Assembly: GCA_020632215.1 (NCBI GenBank)
Contig: JACKFZ010000001.1
Span: forward strand, 83,444 to 120,683
Reading direction: 5' to 3'
DNA from: Candidatus Nomurabacteria bacterium
GTDB lineage: Bacteria; Patescibacteriota; Minisyncoccia; Phycocordibacterales; JAACPR01
Length of the DNA stretch: 37,240 nt
Under the pieces are notes generated by a model, which saw only the letters and a program-made list of their open reading frames with translations, searched no databases and was not told the origin of the DNA. Shown here in pieces: positions 16,276 to 24,343 of the stretch (position 1 is the stretch's first letter; every line of letters begins with the position of its first letter). A program made the translations under genes and the position numbers.

Positions 16276-17478
16276 ATGAAGCCAATTATTAAAAATGTAA
16301 TTTTTATTTTATCAAGTACTTTCCTGATAGCTTTAGTTTTTGCTACCGGTTTCTATTTTGGAGATTTGAAAAATAATATCACAGGCAACAAAGCCAATGC
16401 TTCTGTACCAGCAGATCTCAACGAATTTTGGCAAGTTTGGAATCTAATGGAAGAAAAATTTGTGTCTGCTTCTACAACAGAAACAGTTTCTACTGAAGAA
16501 AAGGTTTATGGAGCAATACGAGGTCTTGTAAGTTCTTATGAGGATCCGTATTCTGTCTTTTTACCACCGAAGGAAAATAAAGAATTTACCGAAAATATCC
16601 GAGGTAACTTTGAAGGTGTCGGAATGGAAATTGGTATCCGAGACGACTTGTTGACTGTTATTTCACCTATTAAAGACACACCAGCTTACAAAGCTGGTCT
16701 AAAGAGTGGTGATAGAGTTCTAGAGATTAATGGTCAAAGTACTTCAGGTATGACTTTAGAAAAAGCAGTCTCTCTGATTCGTGGTGAAAAAGGAACTTTT
16801 GTGGAGCTATTAATTTCTCGAGAAGGGGAGGAATCTTTCAAGGTTTCTTTACAAAGAGATGTCATAAAGTTGCCTACAATAGACACTGAACTGAGAAGTG
16901 ACGGTATTTTTGTCATCTCTCTTTATACTTTCACTGGTCAATCAGATAAAGACTTTAGAGAAGCCTTGAGAGAGTTTCTATTGTCAAAAAGCAATAAGCT
17001 TTTACTAGACTTGCGAGGTAATCCTGGGGGGTATCTTGACTCTGCTGTTGATATTGCTAGTTGGTTTCTGTCTTCAGGCAAAGTAGTTGTTACAGAGAAT
17101 TTTGCTGATAAAAAAGAAGAAAAAGTCTTTAGAAGTAAGGGTTACAATATTTTTAACAATAATTTGAAAATGGCTATTTTGGTCAACGGCGGTTCTGCTT
17201 CAGCTTCTGAGATTGTGGCTGGAGCACTTCAACAACACGGCGTTGCTACTTTGGTTGGCACTAAGACTTTTGGAAAAGGATCTGTCCAAGAACTAATTCA
17301 ATTGCCAAACGAGACATCTTTAAAGGTTACTGTTGCAAGATGGTTAACTCCAAATGGTACTTCAATTTCAGATGGAGGTTTAACTCCAGATGTCGAAGTA
17401 GAAATTACCAAAGAAGATACCGATAATGAAGTTGATATCCAGTTGGAAAAAGCGATAGACATTTTACTAAATAAATAA
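16276..17478 (+). CDS. S41 family carboxy-terminal processing protease (PDZ)
   Basis: FEGVGMEI (PDZ), DLRGNPGG, SASASEI and GKGSVQ motifs. Confidence 0.93.
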   Translation: MKPIIKNVIFILSSTFLIALVFATGFYFGDLKNNITGNKANASVPADLNEFWQVWNLMEEKFVSASTTETVSTEEKVYGAIRGLVSSYEDPYSVFLPPKENKEFTENIRGNFEGVGMEIGIRDDLLTVISPIKDTPAYKAGLKSGDRVLEINGQSTSGMTLEKAVSLIRGEKGTFVELLISREGEESFKVSLQRDVIKLPTIDTELRSDGIFVISLYTFTGQSDKDFREALREFLLSKSNKLLLDLRGNPGGYLDSAVDIASWFLSSGKVVVTENFADKKEEKVFRSKGYNIFNNNLKMAILVNGGSASASEIVAGALQQHGVATLVGTKTFGKGSVQELIQLPNETSLKVTVARWLTPNGTSISDGGLTPDVEVEITKEDTDNEVDIQLEKAIDILLNK

Positions 17479-17487
17479 TTCACAGTT

Positions 17488-17931
17488 ATGAAAGTGTTAT
17501 TTTTGCAGAGCGTAGCCAAAGTAGCTAATAAGGGAGAAATTAAAGATGTAAATCAAGGATATGCTACTAATTTTCTTTTACCTAGAAAATTAGCAAAGGT
17601 TATTTCTGGAAAAGAAGAAGAACAAATTAAAAAGAGTGATACACAACAAAGAGAGATAAGTAAAATTAACCATGATCTCTTTGAAAAAGAAATACATTCG
17701 CTAAAAGGGAAGGAGCTAATAATAAAAGAAAAAGCTAATGAACAAGGACATCTATTTTCAAAAGTTCACAAAGATGAAATACAAAAAGCTTTGAAAGAAC
17801 AGTTGCATGTTGAAATAAATCAAACTTTGATAAATGTTGATGAACCAATAAAATCTGTTGGCACATTCGATGTAATAATAGGGGATAAGAAGGTTAATGT
17901 TAGTATCAAAGTGATGGTGGAAAGTGTTTAA
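17488..17931 (+). CDS. rplI: 50S ribosomal protein L9
   Basis: MKVLFLQSV...GEIKDVNQGYATNFLLP and GHLFSKV motifs. Confidence 0.93.
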   Translation: MKVLFLQSVAKVANKGEIKDVNQGYATNFLLPRKLAKVISGKEEEQIKKSDTQQREISKINHDLFEKEIHSLKGKELIIKEKANEQGHLFSKVHKDEIQKALKEQLHVEINQTLINVDEPIKSVGTFDVIIGDKKVNVSIKVMVESV

Positions 17932-17939
17932 AGATATAT

Positions 17940-18476
17940 ATGAAAAAACCAAAATCACTCAAAATTACCTATTTAGGTAACAAAGTTTTGAGACATAAAG
18001 CAAAATCTGTAAAACAGACAACTGACAAAAAAATTCAAGATTTTATAGATAATTTAATATTAACTTGCAAAACAGCTAAAGGTGTTGGTATTGCGGCGCC
18101 TCAGGTTAACAAATCTGCAAGAGTGATGATTGTCTGGTCACATCCAAATAAAAGATATCCTAAAGCACTAAATATGAAACCTGTTGCCATGATCAATCCC
18201 AGAATATTAAAAAAGTCTAACCAAAAAGAAAAAGATTGGGAGGGGTGTCTTAGTATACCAGGGATAAGGGGCTTAGTTCCTAGATATAAATGGGTTGAGG
18301 TTGAATATGTCAACAGAAAGGGAGAGAAAGTGAGGGAAAAATTATCAGATTCATTTGTGGCACGAATTTTTCAACATGAACTTGATCATTTAAATGGTGT
18401 TTTATTTATAGACAGGACTAAGAGTAGAGATTTAATTGGGGAACAAGAATACCAAAAGTTAATAAAGAAAAACTAA
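17940..18476 (+). CDS. def: Peptide deformylase
   Basis: GIAAPQV, EGCLS and HELDH motifs. Confidence 0.95.
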   Translation: MKKPKSLKITYLGNKVLRHKAKSVKQTTDKKIQDFIDNLILTCKTAKGVGIAAPQVNKSARVMIVWSHPNKRYPKALNMKPVAMINPRILKKSNQKEKDWEGCLSIPGIRGLVPRYKWVEVEYVNRKGEKVREKLSDSFVARIFQHELDHLNGVLFIDRTKSRDLIGEQEYQKLIKKN

Positions 18477-18480
18477 AAAA

Positions 18481-18576
18481 TTCATAAAAAATTTAACTTT
18501 TCTTTTATTTTTCTTTATATCACTTATGCTAAAATGAACTTAGGTGGTAAGTGGTTAACCCCCACCCTTGGGCGGG
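18481..18576 (+). repeat. Copy 2 (uninterrupted) of the promoter plus conserved 40-nt unit
   Basis: See 8773-8940; TGc-TAAAAT at 18527-18535. Confidence 0.85.
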
Positions 18577-18632
18577 AAATTTATCTAAATTTTAAAATTT
18601 AGATTTTGGATATTTTAAGATAGCCTAATTTT

Positions 18633-18911
18633 TTATTTTGTTACTACATTAACTACTTTCTTTTTACTAATCTGACCGTTATAGTTTTTCTTTTTAGATT
18701 CTGAAAAGGAGACAACACCTGCTTTTGTAGCAAAAAGAGTATGATCTTTACCCATACTGACATTCTTTCCAGCTAGGATTCTAGAACCTCTTTGTCTGAC
18801 AATAACAGAGCCAGCTTTAGCTTTTTGACCAGCATAAAGCTTTGTGCCTAGGAACTTTGGCTTTGAATCTTTGAGGTTTTTGGCTGTACCGCCAGCTTTA
18901 ACGTGTGACAT
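18633..18911 (-). CDS. rpmA: 50S ribosomal protein L27
   Basis: [23 protein letters not shown] and GKDHTLFA motifs. Confidence 0.95.
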   Translation of the reverse strand: MSHVKAGGTAKNLKDSKPKFLGTKLYAGQKAKAGSVIVRQRGSRILAGKNVSMGKDHTLFATKAGVVSFSESKKKNYNGQISKKKVVNVVTK

Positions 18912-18966
18912 ATTTTATAATTATTTTAAATATATTTTAACTACCTTGTGTTATACAAAATGTCTG

Positions 18967-19302
18967 ATGAGTTTACATCAAATTATTATAAATATCAAGC
19001 CTTATTTACAGACTTTGCTTGTCTTTTTGATAGTAGCAAACGCCTTTTTATTCGGTCAATTTATAACAAAAACAGACAAGAGTAGACACCCAGTGATAGT
19101 GATAAGTGGGGAAATGGGGGATAGTCAGCCTAATTTTAACTCAGACAAGCTTATTTTTGCTTCTAAAAGTGGTACAAAATACTATTACGTTTGGTGTTCT
19201 GGATCTAGTAGAGTTAAAGAGGAGAATAAAGTCTGGTTTAGTAGTAAAGAAGAGGCTACAAGCAGGGGATATGAAAAGGCTAAAAATTGCCCTGGAGATT
19301 AA
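18967..19302 (+). CDS. Membrane-anchored protein with Ada-like metal-binding domain
   Basis: TM segment followed by ASKSGTKYYYVWC...EEATSRGYEKAKNC. Start moved to the in-frame ATG at 18967 because the longer ORF overlaps rpmA. Confidence 0.7.
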   Translation: MSLHQIIINIKPYLQTLLVFLIVANAFLFGQFITKTDKSRHPVIVISGEMGDSQPNFNSDKLIFASKSGTKYYYVWCSGSSRVKEENKVWFSSKEEATSRGYEKAKNCPGD

Positions 19303-19373
19303 GCTATATGTATTTAAGCTAGGATTAGAGCCATATTTTGAGTATTGACTATATATAAAATATATTGTCTAAC

Positions 19374-19403
19374 TTGACTTTCTGGTAAATTCCATGCTAT
19401 AAT
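19374..19403 (+). promoter_or_regulatory. Strong sigma70-type promoter
   Basis: TTGACT-18-TATAAT with TGc extended -10. Confidence 0.7.
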
Positions 19404-19479
19404 GCTGTTACCAGCAATTGAGCTGGTTTTTGTTTTAGGCCCCATAAGGTAAACCTAAAACCTGCGTTCGAAAGAACAG

Positions 19480-19992
19480 TTGCATGCGCAGATTGTCATT
19501 AAGAAAACGCTTATTATACATTTGACACTTGGAATCGCTATGTTCGCCGCAGCTATTGCTTCGGGAACTAGTACTTCTGTTATTACAGATAATGTTCCTG
19601 TGATAGAGCAAATTGCAGAAAGAGCAGATTCAACTGAAATTACAGAAACACCAAACAAATTAAACTCTGAACCTTTAACAACTCAAGAAAAAGTCGAAGA
19701 ATACTTCTCAGATATTCCTATACTTGCTGATGTCGCTTACTGTGAATCAAGATATAGACAATATGATGCGAATGGTAATGTTCTTCGAGGTGTAGTGAAC
19801 AAAGCTGATGTTGGCGTTATGCAGATTAATGAAAAGTATCACGCAGCAACAGCGGTTAAACTAGGTTACGATCTTTACTCACTTGAAGGTAATATGGCTT
19901 ATGCCAGATACCTATATAGTAAGCAAGGAACAAAACCTTGGGTCCACTCATCTGCTTGTTGGAATACAACAAGAGAGGTTGCTTTAAGGTAA
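19480..19992 (+). CDS. Secreted lysozyme-like / lytic transglycosylase domain protein
   Basis: VAYCES (catalytic Glu), DVGVMQIN, GNMAYARYLY and PW...CW motifs. The true start may be the ATG at 19540. Confidence 0.75.
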   Translation: MHAQIVIKKTLIIHLTLGIAMFAAAIASGTSTSVITDNVPVIEQIAERADSTEITETPNKLNSEPLTTQEKVEEYFSDIPILADVAYCESRYRQYDANGNVLRGVVNKADVGVMQINEKYHAATAVKLGYDLYSLEGNMAYARYLYSKQGTKPWVHSSACWNTTREVALR

Positions 19993-19994
19993 AT

Positions 19995-20024
19995 AAAAAA
20001 GTCCGGTTAATCCCGGACTTTTTT
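19995..20024 (+). terminator. Intrinsic terminator (bidirectional-looking)
   Basis: aaaaaagtccgg-ttaatc-ccggactttttt. Confidence 0.85.
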
Positions 20025-20116
20025 ATTTATCCTGAACTTATTTCAGGATCCCATATAATCATTACGATCTCATGCTGGGTTTTTTAAATTAGGAGATCTA
20101 ATATATTATTACTAAA

Positions 20117-20626
20117 GTGTTGAAACTAATAAAACCGACAAAAGAATATGGAGAGAGTTGGTTGGAGGCTTTGAAAGAATTTAGAGAAGCTGAGACAGAA
20201 GGTTTTTGGAATATTCTTGGTGAGCCTGATGATGTTGATGAATACATTAATAAGACATCAGGTTTTGAAAAAGGCGTTAATATGCCGGAGGAAAGTTGGG
20301 TACCAAATACTACTTTTTGGTTAGTAGATGGAGATCAGTTTATCGGTCATGTGAATATTCGCCATAAGCTTACAGAAAAGTTAGAAAAAGTCGGTGGACA
20401 TATTGGTTATGCTATTAGACCGAGTAGGCAAGGACAAGGTTATGGAAATAAGATATTGGAGATGGTAATACCAAAATCCAAGAATTTAGGATTGGACAAA
20501 CTACTACTTGTTTGTAATAAAGATAATATTGCTTCTAATAAGATTATAAAAAATAATGGTGGAGAATTTCGTGATGAAATAGAAGTTGATGGAGAAAAAG
20601 TTTTTAGATATTGGATAAATATTTAA
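20117..20626 (+). CDS. GNAT family N-acetyltransferase
   Basis: FIGHVNIRH, GHIGYAIRPSRQGQGYG and NIASNKII motifs. Confidence 0.9.
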   Translation: MLKLIKPTKEYGESWLEALKEFREAETEGFWNILGEPDDVDEYINKTSGFEKGVNMPEESWVPNTTFWLVDGDQFIGHVNIRHKLTEKLEKVGGHIGYAIRPSRQGQGYGNKILEMVIPKSKNLGLDKLLLVCNKDNIASNKIIKNNGGEFRDEIEVDGEKVFRYWINI

Positions 20627-20685
20627 TTTTTGTCTCACCCACCAACATCAACAGGGAAGAGGAGACCCCTTTTTAGTAACTTAAT

Positions 20686-20737
20686 GAGATTCTGAATGTG
20701 GGTCCCTCGACTTCGCTCGGAACTCCTTCAGAATGAC
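20686..20737 (-). repeat. CGTC-tagged REP-like palindrome
   Basis: Minus strand (c)gtcattctgaa...ttcagaatctc, with an internal gcgaag/cttcgc motif. Confidence 0.6.
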
Positions 20738-20829
20738 GGAGGGTTGTGTTAGAAGGATTTGAATAAAATGTCAATTCATTGTTTTATTTGAGGCACCTGT
20801 GGATAACTTCAGGGGGCCCTTCTCTATAT

Positions 20830-21055
20830 ATGTCGCACAATATATCTTTTCCGACATAATACCGTACATTTAACTATAAATTATATATTTATATAATGTT
20901 GATCATATAACTAACTAAGCATGTATCTTGGATACTTGTCGGAAAAGATGGCGCGATTGTGCGACTAAAAATACACCTCATTTCTATTAAAAATACACCT
21001 CATTTCTATATTTATTACTATTTCGTAATTTTGTCGCACAATCGCTTTTGCGACA
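20830..21055. other. Three related palindromic sites (TGTCG...CGAC) plus a 22-bp tandem duplication
   Basis: Sites at 20830-20857, 20937-20966 and 21032-21055; tandem taaaaatacacctcatttctat at 20966-21009. Confidence 0.7.
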
Positions 21056-21403
21056 TAATACTATATAAATAACTATAAATAATACAGCGTGATAATGATC
21101 TAGATAATGAATTTATGTCCTACTTCTCTACTATATTTATAAATAAAAGGTAATAAAGAGTAAATTTATTTCTTTATAATTCTCTTTATTTTTAGTCCTA
21201 TTAACTATTTACTACGAACTACTGACTAATTTTACGAGGCTCAAAATGCCTCAATTTGATGCCTTGAATATGTGAGACTATGGATTGATCATCTATTTTT
21301 TCTTTTAATATTAGGGAAGTCGAGTATATAGAAAAAGTTACTCCTCTCCCCTTTTTATTTTAAAAAATTAGGGGACTGGGATTTTTATTTTTAAAATTTA
21401 TAA

Positions 21404-21428
21404 GATCCCAAATCAAGTTTAGGATGAC
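21404..21428 (-). repeat. CGTC-tagged REP-like palindrome
   Basis: Minus strand (c)gtcatcctaaacttgatttgggatc, just after the stop of 21437-21661. Confidence 0.6.
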
Positions 21429-21436
21429 GCTGTGCG

Positions 21437-21661
21437 TCAATTACCAATACCTAGTTCGTGAGCTAGTTTGATTGCAAGGTCAACAACGAAGGTCAAAATA
21501 GTAATAGCTGCATCCCATGTAAATTGAATTATTGGTAAAACATGGTCAGTCCAAATAACTTTCGGATTTAACCCAAAGAAAGTTAGTATGACTACTGCAA
21601 TAATGATTATGAAAATAAGTTGGACAAAACCACGTTTGTTGTTTTTAAAATAAGCTTTCAT
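21437..21661 (-). CDS. Small membrane protein with pilin-like N-terminus
   Basis: KNNKRG|FVQLIFIIIIAVVIL resembles a class III signal peptide but lacks Glu+5. Confidence 0.6.
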   Translation of the reverse strand: MKAYFKNNKRGFVQLIFIIIIAVVILTFFGLNPKVIWTDHVLPIIQFTWDAAITILTFVVDLAIKLAHELGIGN

Positions 21662-21677
21662 TAATTAATAGTATATC

Positions 21678-21748
21678 AGTAAATAGTAAATACTAAATAG
21701 TAAATAGCTCTGTTTTTTCTATTTACTATTTACTATTTACTATTTAGT
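21678..21748. repeat. Heptamer-periodic inverted repeat (about 30-bp stem, 11-nt loop)
   Basis: agtaaat agtaaat actaaat agtaaat ag / ct atttact atttact atttact atttagt. Confidence 0.9.
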
Positions 21749-21753
21749 AATTA

Positions 21754-23058
21754 CTAGAAGTAATCTAACGGATTTAAGTATGCATTTAAGGCCGCTATAG
21801 GAACATAAGCATTTTTACAACCAATACTATTGCTGAATTGTTGAACTTTTACAGCATCTTTGGGGAAAATGCTCATATGTAGATGGGCCGCTGTAGAATA
21901 TCCGGTATTACCACTAAGACCAAGTAAGGCACCAGTTTGCACAGATTCTCCGGCTTTAACAGAACGAACGGATAGATGGGCATATAAAGCTGTTAGACCG
22001 TTGTTGTAATCAACCAATATCCATTGGCCGTAAGATTTACATCCTGGCACCGCATCCATGTTGTAAGTTGACCTTACAACTCCATTTGCGCTAGCATAAA
22101 TTTTTGTTCCTATTGGAGCTCGAAAATCAACTCCACGATGAGGATTTGGCTGGCCATTTGAGTATCCATATGCACCAGATAATGCAAAAGAGGTTAAACC
22201 AAAGCCTTGAGTAACCACAGGTTCGGAAACAGGGTATTTCAATACCCCACTCCCCTTGTTTGGCAATTTGCTTGGATCAAGAGTAAATTGTAATTGTGAT
22301 TCTAATGCGTTCAAGTCACTTTCTATCTGAGCTCGAGCTGCTTCTTTCTCTTTTAATATTCTTTGATACTCAGCTTCTGTACTTTTTGTAACAGTCAGTA
22401 GTTGCTGCTTTTCTTGTTTGGTATAGGCTACAGCTGATTTTTCTCCTGATAATTCTTTTTTCAAGCTTTCCAGATTTACTTTTTCCTCGACTTTTTCCTG
22501 ATGGTCTTCTTGTAAGGCTGAAGTTAAATCCTGTAGATTTAGGACAGTGCCATACACACTAGCTTTAAAAGCTTCTAGGTTTCTAAGATCATTAAAAACT
22601 TCTGAAAAGTTTTTTTTGAAAAGAATAATTTCTATTAGAGATTCTGATTCACTTTGGTTCATGTCTCTTATAGTTTTTGCTAAAACATCTCTATTGTTTA
22701 GAATTTTTGTTTCTTTGTCTGTGATTTCTAATTCTAGTTTATTTAGAGCGTAATTACTTTCATTGATACCAGTTTCAGTCTTCTGTATCTCTGTACCAAT
22801 TTTCTTCTCAGTTAAATTGAGGGAATTTACAGTAGTTTGTAATGTAGTTGTTTGTTTGTTTATTTCTACTAACTTTGCTCTTTGCTCGGCAATTTCTTTG
22901 TCTAGTTTTTCTTTGGCAATTCTTTGCTCTTCAATTTTTTCTTGCAATTCATCAACTGTCTCGGCTTTTGTTATTGGAACCGAGTTTGATATAAAAATAA
23001 AAAGTAGAATCAGAATTGGAGATATTATTTTATTCTTTTTCAATTTTAGATATTGCAT
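21754..23058 (-). CDS. Coiled-coil M23 family peptidase (EnvC-like architecture)
   Basis: Signal/TM, long coiled coil, HRGVD, YAHLS and HLH motifs. Confidence 0.88.
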   Translation of the reverse strand: MQYLKLKKNKIISPILILLFIFISNSVPITKAETVDELQEKIEEQRIAKEKLDKEIAEQRAKLVEINKQTTTLQTTVNSLNLTEKKIGTEIQKTETGINESNYALNKLELEITDKETKILNNRDVLAKTIRDMNQSESESLIEIILFKKNFSEVFNDLRNLEAFKASVYGTVLNLQDLTSALQEDHQEKVEEKVNLESLKKELSGEKSAVAYTKQEKQQLLTVTKSTEAEYQRILKEKEAARAQIESDLNALESQLQFTLDPSKLPNKGSGVLKYPVSEPVVTQGFGLTSFALSGAYGYSNGQPNPHRGVDFRAPIGTKIYASANGVVRSTYNMDAVPGCKSYGQWILVDYNNGLTALYAHLSVRSVKAGESVQTGALLGLSGNTGYSTAAHLHMSIFPKDAVKVQQFSNSIGCKNAYVPIAALNAYLNPLDYF

Positions 23059-24343
23059 TATCGATTCTTTTTATGGTTATTTCTTTTCCAAAAATATAGC
23101 TAAGCTCAAATGGGTCTGGAGATTTATCTTTTCCAGAAAGTGCGTATCTCAAAGGCCATAGGACATTTCCTTTTCCTTTTTCTGACGCATAATCCCAAAT
23201 GCTATTTTTGATATTTTCTGCCGAAGAAAAGTCTGCATTAGAAAGTAATTCCCTAGCTTTGTTTAAATGTTCTTTAGCTTCTCCAAGTCCAGAATCTTTC
23301 CAAACAATTGAATTGACATTGTAATCTGGGTCATTAGAGTAATAGTCTAATTCTCCAGACTCTTTCATTATATCAATATCTGAATAAACAGAAATCCGTT
23401 CTTTTATAGTTGGTATAAGTCTTTCTGCTATATCTTCATTGATGCCATCAAGCTTATCCATAATAGCATTTGCTACTTCCCCTTCATTTCTTGTAGATAA
23501 ATAATGTTTGTTATACCAATTTAATTTATCCATATTAAAAACTGCACCACCTAATTGAATCTTGCTCAAATCAAAAGCTTTTATTAGCTCATCCATAGAA
23601 AAAATTTCTTGATCTGTTCCAGGATTCCAACCTAGAAATGCTAATTGATTGATTATTGCTTCTTTGAAATATCCTTCTTCTTTCCATTCCAAAACTGATT
23701 TTGCCCCATGTCTTTTTGAAAGTTTTTTCTTATCATTTCCCAATACCATTGGCATATGAGTATATAAAGGTCTTGGAGCTCCAATGGCTTCCTGAATTAA
23801 TATTTGTCTCGGAGTGTTTGCGATACCATCTTCACCTCTAATAATATGAGTGACTCCCATTTCAAAATCATCAACAACAACAGTCAAATGATAAAGCGGA
23901 TCATCTATACTTCTTGCGATAATAAAATCTTCTAGATCTGTTGTGTCAATTGTAATGTCTCCCCTATTCGTATCATTAAAAGCAATTTTTGTATTTGGAT
24001 TTTTGAAACGAATGACTTCACTTCTCTTCCCTTCTGTTTCTTTTGAGATGTATGCAGTTCCATCTGCAATCATTTTTTCTAAATATTTTTTGTAAATCTC
24101 AGTTCTTTCTGATTGCCTGTATATTTCATCAAATTTTAAACCCAACCAGTCAACACTTTCTTTGATGTTATCTTCAAATTCTTTTCTGCTCCTTGCCTTA
24201 TCAGTATCTTCAAATCTCAAGATAATTTTTCCATTGTTTTGTTTTGCATAGAGATAATTAAAAAGCATCATTCTAGCTGTTCCTAGATTCAAATTCCCGG
24301 TTGGGGATGGAGCTACTCTTGTTATAACTTGGTTGTTATTCAT
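23030..24343 (-). CDS. gltX: Glutamate--tRNA ligase (compact)
   Basis: TRVAPSPTG, LRFEDTD, HIIRGED and KLSKRHG motifs, with an anticodon-binding C-terminus. Confidence 0.9.
   Translation of the reverse strand: MNNNQVITRVAPSPTGNLNLGTARMMLFNYLYAKQNNGKIILRFEDTDKARSRKEFEDNIKESVDWLGLKFDEIYRQSERTEIYKKYLEKMIADGTAYISKETEGKRSEVIRFKNPNTKIAFNDTNRGDITIDTTDLEDFIIARSIDDPLYHLTVVVDDFEMGVTHIIRGEDGIANTPRQILIQEAIGAPRPLYTHMPMVLGNDKKKLSKRHGAKSVLEWKEEGYFKEAIINQLAFLGWNPGTDQEIFSMDELIKAFDLSKIQLGGAVFNMDKLNWYNKHYLSTRNEGEVANAIMDKLDGINEDIAERLIPTIKERISVYSDIDIMKESGELDYYSNDPDYNVNSIVWKDSGLGEAKEHLNKARELLSNADFSSAENIKNSIWDYASEKGKGNVLWPLRYALSGKDKSPDPFELSYIFGKEITIKRIDNAISKIEKE

Noticed and set aside
18577-18620. Sixth heptamer element after the rpmA stop
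   Set aside because: A weak 7-nt phase (tccaaaa tctaaat tttaaaa tttagat on the minus strand) cannot be told apart from chance in A/T-only sequence by eye.
19445-19495. c-di-GMP-I or c-di-AMP riboswitch
   Set aside because: GGTAAACC and a GAAA tetraloop are present, but the remaining conserved aptamer segments are missing.
21105-21125. Canonical XerCD dif at tagataa-tgaat-ttatgtcc
   Set aside because: The central spacer is 5 nt rather than 6, and the arms match poorly.
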